Source: the human T2T-CHM13v2.0 reference genome, Homo sapiens. From it: 64,000 nt of DNA. Made by a program: the position numbers and the translations under genes. The stretch lies in NCBI RefSeq assembly GCF_009914755.1, contig NC_060928.1. One strand, given 5' to 3'. Positions 47,626-61,574 of this stretch are shown here, in pieces (within the stretch, counting starts at the first letter, position 1; every line of letters begins with the position of its first letter). Under the pieces are notes generated by a model. It worked only from the letters and a program-made list of their open reading frames with translations. It did no database searches and was not told where the DNA came from.

Positions 47626-50383
47626 AAGTGTGTTTTTATTGGCTAAGGTAATTTTGAATAACTTTAAAATAGAATCTTTTCTAAACTTTGCTTTGAAAAT
47701 GGAAAATATTTTGCAAACCTCACAATATTTAAAAATATATGGAAATTATTGTGTTATTTAAATGAGTCAAGACTTTATTTGACAAAAAGAATAAAACCAT
47801 CATAGGAGACCTAAAGAAGACAACTGTACACCCTCTGGTTTATTGCTTCCATAAAGTCTAATGACTTTTCCTATTGAGAAGTAATATATATCAAATTTAT
47901 ATAGCCTTCTGTCATTATCAGTGATGGTGCACCAGGTGTTCACAGTTTATCACTGCCATAATGTTCCAATGATATATGTGAAAACATGCATTTTAAAAAT
48001 TTGTCTACATAGGTTGAATTTTAAAATTCTAATTTTAAAGTCATATGTGTGTATGCATGTAATTTTTAAATTTATATGTGTGTATGCGTGTATGTGTCCA
48101 TGTATGTGTGTTTCACTATTGTGCCAAGATATATATTTGTGTCTATTTTAGGGTCAGAAGACTATTTTAAGTATAGACAATGATTTGGTGCCATGTTGTG
48201 GTATCTTTTTTGTAATTATTTATAAGACTTCTAATACGTTCTTTTTTCAGTTTAATATCTATGAAACTGAATCAGGACTTAAATACTTGATAAACACAAT
48301 GAAATATGTTTGTGTATTTTGATATTTTCCATCATTATCCTTATTTCATAAAGATTATTTCATAATTTCCAACAAATTTAGTAAACAGCATTTTAAAAAA
48401 TTTCATTTAATTACTCTTCAGAACACTAGCAGAATGTCTGTGTTGTGTGTGTGTGTGTGTGACTGTGTGGTGTGTAGAGGTATAAATATACCTAGAGCAA
48501 ATGAAATAAATCATAGACATAACAAAATAATTCAAGAGAATATGTGACTCAAAATTCAAGACTGAAACACAAGGACAGCTTCTTTTAAGTGACTAGAAAT
48601 TTAAGTATAAATGGTAACAGCTATACGTTGGCAAAGCTCATAGAAAGACTTTACTCAATCAAATTTGGATCCAAAGGTTTCTGTGATTCAGGTTTGGATT
48701 GGAATAGATTCCTCACAGATGAAAAAAATGTAAAATAATAGTTATCCTTCACTGATTTTCACTCACTAGGCAACCAGTTCCTAAGTTATAGTGTAACACC
48801 CTTTGCTATATCTCATTCTTTCCAGGTTACTTTTGTGGCACTATGCATCAGCCCTACTTTAATAATACTATTTTTACAGGAGCCAAAGAATAAATAAAAA
48901 TTTCCCCAATATTCCCCAAGTAATGAGTGCCAGGAGTCATGACTTTTAAGCAGGTAAGACTTGGAAAATCAGAATAAACTTTTAGAAATACATTTAATTC
49001 AATTCTATAAATATTAATCATTCAAAATCTGGCCACAATCATAGGAATACAAAAGTAAAATCCCAGTTCTTTTTTCCCTAAAATGTCACAATGTAATAGA
49101 TCTAACATTGCATATATTTCTAATGTGATGAAATGTTGATATATATTTTCTATCGTGCAAACTACAGCTCTAAAATTTTTCAAAGATAGTACATGTATTA
49201 TGTTTTCTATAATACTTACACCATCATTATTGTTTTACCTTTTATATCTCATATTCTACTTTAATTATGGAATGGTATTATTACATATCCCTGATAAAAA
49301 TATTAAAATGTGCTATGGGAAAATTAAGAAAAGACATATTAAACCTTGTTATGTAGTAGCAGGGACCTGGGAAAACTCCTTGGAAGAAGTAAGGTTCATC
49401 ACTCAGAAGTCAACCTATTTAATACAGAGATAATGATTCAACTTTACTTCAGAGAATTTAAATCTGCAGCTACCCTCTCATGGTTTGAATGTAGTTGGTG
49501 ACTATTTTTTAATAGAAGCAAGAACTAGCTGACACAACTCAAATTTTGTTTCTCTCACATATTGTTTGAAAATAGCTAGATTTATCTAATAAAACAAAAA
49601 TCAGAGTATTATACTGAAAAAACTGCATTTCCAGCTTCCCATAAAATTGTGAGCATGTGGCCAAACCAAGCCCTCAATTTTATTAGCAACATTTGGCTAA
49701 GTCACATGTTTCCATTTGCCCACCTTGTCCACATCACGCATTTCACTCTCCTGACTGGGCAAATTAGTTATTTGCACTTTTACTCCTGCTTGAGAAATGT
49801 AAGAAGTGTTTCCCTCCCTCGTTCTACATGAAGTGACATATTCCTTTCTGGAAAGAGGAAATTGTTTTCCAGAAAAATAAACAGAAGTGAAAATAGCCTT
49901 ATTCAAGCAAATTGGCAAAGAATAAATTTAACACACTTATTTGTAAATTCTAAATATTTAAGCTAAGAATCCCATAATAACTTGACCATAAATAGTTTAA
50001 TGAGGGTAGCAGAGTTGGTTGTAAACCCTGAAAAATCTGCTTAGAGAGTGTGGAGGTAGAAGGAAAATAAAATATATGAAGTGTCTGTTAAAATCGCGTT
50101 AGGTGTAATCATCAAAGAGTTTAATATGATTGGCCTCAGTTTATATTCCCATAGTGGAAACAGGAAGCAAACTCAGAGTTACCCAACCTTAAAAGCCTCG
50201 GCACTCTATCTATTATTCTTTCTAGTCTACCAATTATTTTCAATGACTGGCATGCTGTTTATTACATGTAAGATACAGAAGAAAAAATAAGGCAGAGGTT
50301 TTAAAATCATCAGTAATTCATTATATCTTGACTCCCATAGTATGAAGGACATTGTCTCCATTTTTTTATGAATTACCTAATTT

Positions 50384-53300
50384 GAAAATTTTATTTGTAA
50401 TTTCTATGAGTATATAGTAAGTTTATGTATTTATGGGGCACATGAAGTATTCTCACACAGGCAGACTGCATAATAATCACATCGAGTTAAGGGGGGTGTC
50501 CATCACTTCAAGTATTTATTATTTCTTTGCATTAAAAACATTCCAATTGTACTCTTTTAGTTATTTTTAAATGTACAATAAATTATCATTGACTGTAGTC
50601 ACCTTGTTGTGTGATCAAATGCTAGATCTTACTCATTTTATCGAACTATAATTTTGTTCTCATTAACCATTTCCATTTCTCCCTCCCCTCCAAACTACCT
50701 GTCCCAGCACCTGGTTAGCTAGTATTCTACTCTCTATCTCCACAAGTTCCATTGTTTTAATTTTCAGCACCCACAGAAGAGTGAAAACATGCAAAGTTTG
50801 CCTTTCTGTACCTGGCTTATTTCACTTAATATAATGACCTCTAGTTTAATTCATGTTCTTGCAAATGTCAGAATCTCATTCTTTTTACGGTAGAATAGTA
50901 CTCTATTGTGTATGACTACCACATTTTCTTTACCAATTCCTTTGTTGAACACTTACCTTGCTTCCAAATTTTGGCTGTCTTGAATAGCGCTGCAATAAAC
51001 ATGGAAGTTCAGATACCTCTTCAACATACTGATTTCCTTTCTTTTGGGTATATACCTAAAACTGGGATTTCCGGATCATATGATAGTTCTATTTTTAGTT
51101 TTTTGAGGAATCTCTATACCGTTCTTCACAGTGGCTGTACTAATACACATTGCTACCAACAGTGTATGAGAGTTCCCTTTTCTCCACATCCTCAGCATTT
51201 GTTATTACCTATCTTTTGAATAAAACCCATTTTAACTGAGTAAGATGATATCTCATCGTAGTTTCGATTTGCATTTCTCTGATGATCAATCATGTTGAGC
51301 ACCTTTTTGTATACCCATTTGCCATTTGTCTGTCTTCTTTTGAGAGATGTCTATGAAGATATTTTGCCCATTTTAAAATCAGATCATTTGATTTTTCCTA
51401 TTGAGTTGTTTGAGCTCCTTATATGTTTTGAATATTAATCTCCTGTCAAATGAATAGTTTGCAAACATTTTCTCCCATTCTGTGGGTTGTTAATTCATAT
51501 TGTTGATTGTTTCCTTTGCTGTGCATTAGGTTTCTAACTTAATACGATCCTGTTTTTCCATTTTTCTTTTGGTTGCCTGTGCTTATGCGGTATTACCCAA
51601 GAAACCTTTGCCCAGTCCAATGTCCTGGAGAGTTTCCCCAGTGTTTTCTTTTAGTAATTTCACAGTTTGAGGTCTTAGATTTAAGTCTGCAATGCATTTT
51701 GATTTGATCTTTTTATATGGTGAGAGATAGTGGTCTAGTTTCATTCTTCTGCATATGGATATCCAGTTTTCCCAGCACTATTTGTTGAAAAGATTGTCCT
51801 TTCCCCATTGTATGTTCTTAGCAACTTTGTCAAAAATGAATTCATTGTAGATGTAAGAACGTTTTTCTGGGTTTTTTCTGTTCCATTGGTCTATGTGTCT
51901 GTTTTTATACTAGTACCATGCTATTTTACTTATTATAGGTCTGTAATATTCCTTGAAGTTAGGTAATGTGTTTCCTCCAGGCTTGTTCATTTTCCTCAGA
52001 ATGGTTTTAGTTATTCTGAGTCTCCTGTGGTTCCATATAAATTTTAGAATTATTTTTTCTATTTCTGTGAAGAATGTCCTTGGTATTTTCGTAGGGATTG
52101 CATTGAAGCTGTAGATTGCTTTGAGTACTGTGGATATTTTAGCAGTATGGATTCTTCCAATCACAGAACATGCAATATTTTTCCATTTTTTTGTCTGTGT
52201 CATCTTCAAGTTCTTTCAGCAATGTTTTAGTTTTCATGATAGAGATCTTTTACTTCTTTGGTCAAAATTATTTCTGGGTACTTTTTATTTTGTTTGTAGC
52301 TATTGTAAATGAGATTACTTTCTTGATTTCTTTTTCAGGTTGTTCACTGTTGGCATATAGAACTGCTATTAATTTTTGCATATTGATTTTGTATCAGTAT
52401 TTGTATCGGATTTGTTTATCAGTTCTAATAGTTTTTTTTTGTGTGTGGAGTCCTTAGGTTCTTCCAAATATAAGATCATACCATCTGCAAACATGAATAA
52501 TTTGACTTCTTCCTTTCCAATTTGGATGTCCTGCATGTCTTTCTCTTGTCTGATCGCTCTTGCTAGGACTTCCCATATGATGTTGAATAATAGTGGTGAA
52601 AGTGGGAATCCTTGTCATCTTCCACGTCTTAAAGGAAAGACTTTTCATTTTTCCCTGTTCTGTATGATACTAGCTGTGGTTCTGCTCTGCACAGCTTTTA
52701 TTGTGTTGAGATATGTCCCTTCTATAGCCCATTTTTTCAGGGTTTTTATCATGAAGGGATGTTGCATTTTATCAATTTTTTTTCAGCATCAATTGAAATG
52801 ATCACATGTTTTTTGTCCTCCATTCTGTTGATTATGATGTACCATGTTGATTGATTTGTGTATGCCTAACCATTCTTGCATCCCTTTGATGAATTTCACT
52901 TGGTCATAATGGATGATACTTTACATGTGCTGTTGAATTCAGTTTGCTAATATTTTGTTGAGCATTTCTGCATCAAATTTCATCAGAGATATTGTCCTGT
53001 AGTTTCCTTTTTTTGATGTGTCTTTGTCTGGTTTTGCTATTAAGATAGTACTGGCCTTGTAGAATGAGTTTGAAAGTGTTCCCTCCTCCTCTGTTTTTTG
53101 GTATAATTTGAATAGGTCTGGTATTAGTCCTTCTTTAAATGTTTGATAAAAGTCAGCAGTGAAGCCATTAGGTCTGGGCATTTCTCTGCTGCAAGACATT
53201 TTAATCATAGCTTTGTTCTTGTCTCTTGTTATTGGTCTATTCTGCTTTTGGATTCCTCCATAGTTGAGTCTCATTAGGTTTTATGTGTCTGGGAATTCAT

Positions 53301-56300
53301 CAGTTTCTTCTAGGTTTTCCAATTTATTGGCATACAATTGTTGCTAGTAGTCTTTAATGATCCATTGAATTTCTTCAATGTCAGCTGTAATATCTCCTTT
53401 TTCATCTCTGATTTTATTCATTTGGATCCTCTTTTCTTGTATATTTTTAAAATTTTAACCAATCAGCCACATATACTGAATGGATCCTCTCTTTTTTTCA
53501 TAGTCTGGCTAAAAGTTTGTCAATGTTGTTTATCTTCTTGAAAAAATGGCTTTTCATCTAATTGATGTTTTGCATTTTTTTATTTTCACTTCCACTTATT
53601 TCTGCTCTGATCTTCTTTATTTCTTTTCTTGTACTAATTTTGGGTTTTGTTTGCTCTTGCTTCACTAGTTATTTAAGATGTATCATTAGGCTGTTTGTTT
53701 AAAGTTTTTATACTTTTTTTGATGCAGGTTATTATTGCTATAAACTTTCTTCTCAGTACTGCTTTTGCTGTATTCCAAAAGTTTTGGTATATTTACATTT
53801 TCATTTGTTTCAATACATTTTTTAAATTTCCTTCTCAATTTATGGACCTGCTGGATTTCATTCTTCATTCTCCTCATATAATGTTTCACATTGATACGTT
53901 AATTCATAGCTACTTGTGGCAATAGCAAGCAGTTTCAAGAGATGAATACATAGCTCAAAGCCAGGTGAGTAGGACATGAGTGCAGTCTCATTTTAATGCT
54001 TCTCTGGGCCTGACAATAAAAAGGGTTTGCATTCCTCAGATGACAGTGCTTTTCTTTTCTCCTTAGAGAAGAGCAGCATATTGCTTAAATTCAGGATCAT
54101 ATTATTTAATTTTCACTTGTTTGTATAGTTTCCAAAATTGCTCTTGATTGATTTTTAGTTTTACTCCTTCTGGTTAGAAAAGATGCTTGCCATGATTTTC
54201 AATTATTTTTCAATCTTTTAAGACTTGTTTTGTGAAATAACATAAAATCCACTACTTGAGAATGATCCATGTGTTGAGGAGAAGAATGTGTATTCTGTAG
54301 CCTTTGGATGAAATGTTCTGTGAGTATCTATTAGGTCCATTTGGTCTAGAGTACAGATTAAGTCTGATGTTTCTTTGCTAATTTTCTGTCTGGTGAATCT
54401 GTACAATGCTGAAAGTAGGGAGCTGATGTTTCTAGCCACTATTCTATTAGAATCCATCTCTCTCTTTAATAATATTTGCTTTATATATCTTGGTGATCCA
54501 GTGTTAGGTGTATATATTTTTTAAATTATCACATTATCTTGCTGTATTGACCCTTTATCATTAAAGAATAACCTTCTTTTTGTCTCTTTTTATGCTTTTT
54601 GTCTTAAAATCTATTATATCTGATATTATATCTACTCCTGCTTTTTTTGTTTCCATTTGCATCTAATATCTTTCCCTATGTCTTTACTTTAGTGTTTTTG
54701 TATCTTTATTGGTGAAGTGTGTTTCCTGTAGGCAGTAGATAGTTGGAGTTTGCTTTTTTATATGTTCAGCCACTCTAAATCTTTTGATTAGAGAATTTTA
54801 TTATTGATAAGGAAGGATTTACTATAACCATTTTGTTGTTGTTGTTGTTTTTCAGTTGTTTTTTGGCCTTCTTTTCCTTCCTTCTTTCCTTCATTCCTTT
54901 CTCTCTTCCTTTGTGTGAAAGTGATTTTCTCTGGTAGTGTGTTTTAATTTCTTGTTTTTTATCTTTTGTGTTTCTACTGTAGGTTTTTTTGATTTGAGGT
55001 TACCATGAGGCTTGCAAATAAAATCTTATAACCCATTATTTTAAATTAATGACAACTTAAATGTACTAATCTAGGATATAACTTTTCTTTTTTCCTTCAG
55101 CACTTTAAATATGTCATGCCACTTTCTCCTGCCCTGTAAAGTGTCCACTAAGAAGTCTGCACCAGATGTACTGGAGCTCTATTGTATGTTACTTGATTCT
55201 TTTCTCTTTCTGCTTTTGGGATCCTTTCTTTATCTTTGACCTTTGAGAGTCTGATTATTTAATGTCTTAAGGTAGTCTTATTTGGGTTAAATCTACTTGT
55301 TCATTACTCTTGTACTTGAATATTGCTATCTTTCTGGGTTTGTAAAGTTCTTTGTTATTATCTCTTTGAATAACTTTCTACCCAAATCTCTTTCTCTACC
55401 TCCTCTTTAAGGTCAATAATTCTTAGATTGGTCTTTTTGAGGCTATTTTCTACTTCTTTTATTGTTTTTTCTTTTGTGTTCCCTGTGTATTTTCAAATAG
55501 CTCACTGATTATTTCTTCTGTTTGATTAATTCTGCTAATGAGAGACTCTAACGCATTTTTATTTTTTCAATTGAATGTTTTAGCTCCAGAATTTCTGCTT
55601 GATTTTTAAAATATATTTCAATCTCTTTATTTAATTTATCTGATAAGGTTCTACATTCCTTCTCTATATTATCTTGAATTTAATTGAGTTTCTTCAAAAC
55701 AGCTATTTTGAATTCTCTATCTGAAAGCTGGCATATCTCTGTCATTCTGAGATTGGTTACTGGTTCCTTATTTAGTTTGTTTGGTGAGGTCATGTTTTCC
55801 TAGAAAGTCCTGATGCTTGTGGATGTTCATCAATGTCTGGGCATTTAAGAGTTAAATATTTATTCTATTCTTTGCAGTCTGGGCTTTCTTGTACCTGTCC
55901 TTCTTGAGAAGGCTTTCTAAGTATTCAAAGAGAATTGAATGTTGTAATCTAAGTCTGGTCACTGCAGCCATATCTGCATTGGGAACAGCATAAACTCAGT
56001 AATGGTGTTACTCTTACAGACTTGTAGAGATGCCTTGGTGATCTTTGGTAAGATCCAAGAGACTTCCCTGGATTACCAGGTAAGATCTCTTGTTTCCTTC
56101 CTTTACTTTCCTCCAGACAAATAGTCTTTCTCTCTCTCTCTCTCTCACTGCTGAGCTGCTTGGAGTTGGAGACAGGATGATGCAAGTGTTCCCATGGCCA
56201 CCGCCATTGGAATTGTGTTGAGTCACACCTGCAGCCAGCATAGTACTGGATCTCACCCGCAGCCAACACAGTACAGGATCTCACCCAAGGCCTGTAGCAA

Positions 56301-57575
56301 CTGTTGCCCAGCTAGCACTGATATTTATTCAAAGGTTAAGGGCTCTTAAGTTAGCATATGGTGAATTCTGCCAGGCTTATGTTTTTTCCTTCAGGACAGT
56401 AGATTCCCTTCTGGCCAGGTGGGGTCTAGAAATGCCATCCAGAAGCTAGGGCCTGGAGTTGGGAACTTTAGTAACCTACTTGGTGCTTTATTTTACCGTG
56501 GCTGAGCTGGTATGCAAGTTGCATGATAAAGTCATTTTTACTCTTCCTTCTCCTTTCCTCAAGTGGAAGGAGTCTCTCCCTGTGCCCACTACAGCTAGGA
56601 ATGCTCTGGGTCACACCTGAAGGCAGCAAAGCACTGGGTCTTTCCTGAAATCCATAGTGACTACTGCCTGTCTGGCTACCACTGATGTTTATTCAATGCC
56701 CAAGGGCTAGTTAGCAGGTAATAAATTCTGCTAGGACTGGGTCCCTCCCTTCAGGGCACTGGGTTTCCTTCTCACCTAGAATGTGTCTAGAAATGTCAAC
56801 CAGGAGCTATGGCCTAGAATAACGGCTTCTTGACTCTATTTCATGCTTTATTTTACTACGGCTGAACTGGTCTCCAAGTTGCAAGACAAAGTTCTCTTTA
56901 TTCTTCCTTCTCCTTTCCTTAAGTAGAAAGAGTTTCTCCCAGAGCTGCAAGCTGTGCTGACTGGTATTGGAGGAGAGGTGACACAAGCACTCCCTTGGCC
57001 ACCCCAGCTTGTGTCTCACTAGGTTGCAAGCACCCCAAGTCCACTTGCTCCAAGCACAGCATGGCACCAAGACTTGCCCTGGAATTGCCATCCTTGTGGC
57101 CTAGACTGCCACTCAAATTTATTTAGGACCCCAGAGAACTCTAGCCTATAGCAGTGGGGCTAACCAGAACTCAGGTTCTGACTGCCGGGACAGATGATTC
57201 CCCTCTGGCTGGGGCTGATATAAGTGCTCCCTCTGTTGGTGGCAGCAAAATTCTGCCCTGTTTGCTTTCCACTGTGACAGAGCAGCACTGAGTGCCAATC
57301 TGGAGTCCCATATTCATTGCACTATCCCTCCCCCAAACACACATGGTATTGCCAGGGGATAGAGGAGGGGTGATGTAGGCAATTCAAGACTGTGTTTTAC
57401 ATCCTCTTCAGTACCTCTTTCCTTAAAATGATATTAAAACCAGGTACTGTGATCACTCACTTGATTTTTGGTTCTTATAAAGATGACTTTTTGTGTGGAT
57501 AGTTGTTCAATTTGCTGTTCCGTTTGGGTAACGATCACTGGAGGGTTTTATTCAGCCATCTTGCTCTGCCTCCTT
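50384..57575 (-). mobile_element. Near full-length old L1 (L1MA2/3-like 3' end, L1M1/M2-type 5' end), degenerate ORFs
   Basis: 3' end motif tgtacaataaattat..tgactgtagtcacc; ORF2-like ORFs 51910-52209, 52939-53274, 54218-54457; 5' end ..cagccatcttgctctgcctcc; TSD-like attaccta(a/t)ttt at 50372-50383 and 57584-57595. Confidence 0.92.
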
Positions 57576-59331
57576 AGATCTGGATTACCTATTTTTGATT
57601 TTTTATGCTTCCATTAGCCATGGACATTTCATTTTTTTCCTAAATTTAATTCTCCTATCACCAAAACGCTGTTGTTGTTTGCTTTTAGCATAACTTCCTG
57701 CCAAATCTATCTTCCAGGTATTATACACTAGACTTTTCTCCCTGATTTTTTCTACACTGGCTAGCCAACAATTAATTTCCTACCAAAGCTGTAATTTGTA
57801 TCAGTACCCAAGAACTTGCCTAAACATTTTCTATAGTATTATAATCTATTTATTCCCAAGTTCATAACCATATTTTAAAATGTATTTTATTTTTTCAATA
57901 TATCATAGCTCTTATAATTTCCAAAAATGTATCTAGTATCCAACTAAAACATGTCAATTAGAAAGAAATTTGTGAATTATCAAGATACTACTCATTAATG
58001 CAAGAAAACTCAAAGCCCTAAGCCACATTTTTCTGTTACTTTTAAAAGAGAGGAGTTTGAATTAATTTAGATTTAGGTTTGTACAACACATATTCTGCTT
58101 TAAAGTTACTGTTGTCTTTTATTTCCTTAGTAAACATACTTAAATTTAAATGTTTCAAAAAATATTAACTTGTGTTCCTCAAATATAGGGGTTTTGGCCA
58201 AAAAGTAAAACATAAAATAGTTCTGCCAACTATTTCTTATTCTAAATCCAAAATGATGTAGCAGATATTGTCATTTTCTTCTTTAATTTAAATGAAATGA
58301 AATAAGATTTTTATCACATATGTATGTATTAATTTTTCTTTCCTACCCCTTCTAAAGTCTACCTAAACACATTACTGAGTGAACTTGACTCATTTTTACC
58401 ATATTTTAAATATAATTCCAATGGATTCATTCAGCATAGTTAAGGGGATTCAATAAAATAAATATTTGATTAAAACAAAATACCAGACCACCTCCATAAT
58501 GCTTTCTGACAATCCAAGTTTTAAAAAATATCTCATAAATGAGTGTTCTTATATAGTAGAATTATCCTTTTATCCTTTCACTTTCTGAAGTTACAGCATT
58601 GTATCACTTGTGTTTAAAGCCACAAAAGAGTAGGTTTGGATATTGAAACATGATATGCAGTGTATCTGGTTTCTAAGAGAGGTCGATATATTAAATATGC
58701 ACTGGAAAAAAGAAGTGTACAAGCTGGGTTTTCCTAGTAAGATTAAGGAGAAATATACCTAGTGTGTATTTGCTAGCCTTATTACATTTTGGAGTTTTTA
58801 TTTCCTCCATTATTCGATGATCCCAGATAGGTATCTAAACATAAGGAAGGCAGACTGTTTTCACAGCTGCTCTTACAAAGTTATACCTATGTACTGTAGA
58901 CCACACAGGAGGAGCACAGTTGCTCAACTATTAAAGTATCACCAAAAGACGGTTTACTTAAATTGATCTAATTGCAGCACTATGGGATAACTTCTGTGTA
59001 CATGTGTACATCAATAGTGTCTATATCAGTAAATGGAATTTATTTTGAAGAATTGTGTTTCAGAATCACATGAAAGAAATAGTACATGGTAACATTATAA
59101 AATAATTAAAATCTCATGGCCCAGGAAATAAAGAGGTGATGTATTTTACCAATCGTAACTGATAATATGCCCATGCCATCTTAAACATGTTTGAATATAA
59201 GAAAGAAATAAGTACAAGTCAGCACTGTCATAAAAAAATATTATGTTCTGCTTGCCAAAGTAATTTCTCAGTACACTCAAGTAAATCCTACAATTTTCTA
59301 GGTATTATTTAGCTGAGATTATCACATTTTA

Positions 59332-59396
59332 TATCTATATCTATCTATATGTATATCTATCTATATTATATATATGAAGCACAGACACACACACAC
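59332..59396. repeat. (TATC)/(TA)/(CA) low-complexity tract
   Basis: Direct read. Confidence 0.75.
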
Positions 59397-60189
59397 TTCC
59401 CTTATAACCAAAACCTGTCATTTATCAATAGAAAAAAGTGAGATAGAAGAAATAAAAAGCAACATAAGTATTGAACCTAATACTCTCATACAACAATCAT
59501 CTCTTAAGTCAATGTCCACCCCTGTGATCAATGATGTCTTCAAATCATATATAGCCTTTGAACCAGCATCCCCCATCTTCAGGAAAAGAAGATATCTAAA
59601 GGTTCAATGTATCATGTTCTATCATTTTTTTAAGCTTTTAAGTTGAGAATATGAAAATGAAGATTTGATATTTCCATATGTTGCTTGCTTTCTTGAAGTC
59701 TCTCTTTAAAATGGCTTTCAAGAAAAAAAGAGGTTAATTGATTAGTAGCTCTGAAATATAAAAACATAAAAATTAACACTTTCTCCTCTAACAATTTTAT
59801 TGAGTGTTAAGACTGATTTACAGATTTACTTAATTTCACATATAATTGAGGCCAAACCACTAAAAAGAAAAATATCAAGTCAGTTATTAATGCCAGATTG
59901 CTTCCAATAATCCTCAAAGATGATTTGGACTAGAAATATGCAGCCAGACCCTGTTGCTTTTTAATTAAGTGCCACATTAAAGCTCCTAGATCCCAGTCAA
60001 CTATAATAATAATAACATTTCTTCCAGAATCTAACTTCCTTTTATGGATCTATTTCTTCCTACATGCAGTTTATTTTTAAACTATGTACTTTTAAGATGT
60101 CTGATACTAATGATGTTTATTTTTAATAAAATAATAATGATTATATGTTATATTTTTACCCTTTTTAAAGCATTTTAAATATACTAATG

Positions 60190-60380
60190 TTTAATTTGCA
60201 GAGCTAAACTATGAAATCAATGAAATTAAAGATATATATTTAAAGATGAGAAAATGGATTCACAGTGAGCTTAGGTTCCTTTTCAAAATCATGTGGCTGG
60301 TAAACTGGCAGAGTAATAACCTCAACCCAAGTAGACTGGCCTCTGAGCCTCTCCTCATAAACAAAATGTTAATACTTCCT
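60190..60380 (-). mobile_element. MIR
   Basis: tttaaagatgagaaaatggattcacagtgagcttaggttcc...ggtaaactggcagagt...aacccaagtagactggcctctgagcc. Confidence 0.7.
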
Positions 60381-61574
60381 CTCTGCTTAGTGTCCATTCT
60401 TCCTTTTAAAACCCTAACTGAAGATAATGCTAACTGTGGTCTACAAAGTAAAGCTGTTTGATCCATCTATATTTACCCTAAACATCAAAAGGATTCTGAG
60501 TGGGCATAGATTTTTATGAAAAATAAAATGTTCTGCTTTATGTCTCAAAATAAATATAAAAGATTAGGCCAACCAAAGGTTTGGAACAACATGCTAAGTA
60601 TTTGAATCTAGAGGATTTTTGCAAATATATTTTTAGGCAAAACAAAAAATGATAAATATGGAATAGAGAAAAATAATAGGTAAAAAGATAAATATTCCCC
60701 TAAAACAGGTTTATGAGACACTATTAATATCTTTCAGATGTGAAAACTAAGTAGTGATAATATTTAAGATGGTCCATGTAGTGAACATGACATTTTATAG
60801 TTTTTTAACTTCATTCACATACTGTCAGTTGAGCCTCATAGTTGCATATTGTGGGAGAATCAGGATAAGCTTTCTTACATAGGTAAGAAAATAAATATAG
60901 AAAGTGTTATTTGTCAATGGTCTGATAGTTACTTGGTAATATATTTTACATATTTTATCATGATTCTTTTTCAAATAAAAGTGCTTAAAAATAGAATCCC
61001 ATGCACTTTCAGAAAATGTGTGAATTACTAAACACAAATTGGGAAAAAATAAATAGTAGAGCTTCAGTCATAAACATCATTCATTTCAGTTTTAATTCTA
61101 ACAAAAATTTTTGAATGCTTGTACTTCAGAAATACGCAATATTTTCCTAGCTTTCATCAATATTTAATTTTAATTTTATCTCTAGCATCACCTTTCATCT
61201 TTGTCTAACATAGTCATTCTAACTAAACTCAACTTTATACAAAGACTCCCATCTTTAGAGTTGAAAGCATCAGAATATTGGTTGGCCTGAATGAAAACAT
61301 CTGCATGCTTGAATTTTTCACTTTCTTCTTGGATGTTTTAATGTCATATAGACAGAATTGTATTCCAAGGACATGGCAATATTTTTTATTTTAAATAATT
61401 GAATTTTTGGAGGTCAATTATTCAATTCTTGAGAAATCATTTTTTAGTTCTTTTTTTTCCTTTTTGGCTAAATTCAAGGGAAGTTTATATTTTCATTATG
61501 TTAAGGCTGACTTTAATTGCAAAAACTATTTTTCATTTATTTTAGATATGTCAAGATTACTCGTGGGTGTTATG

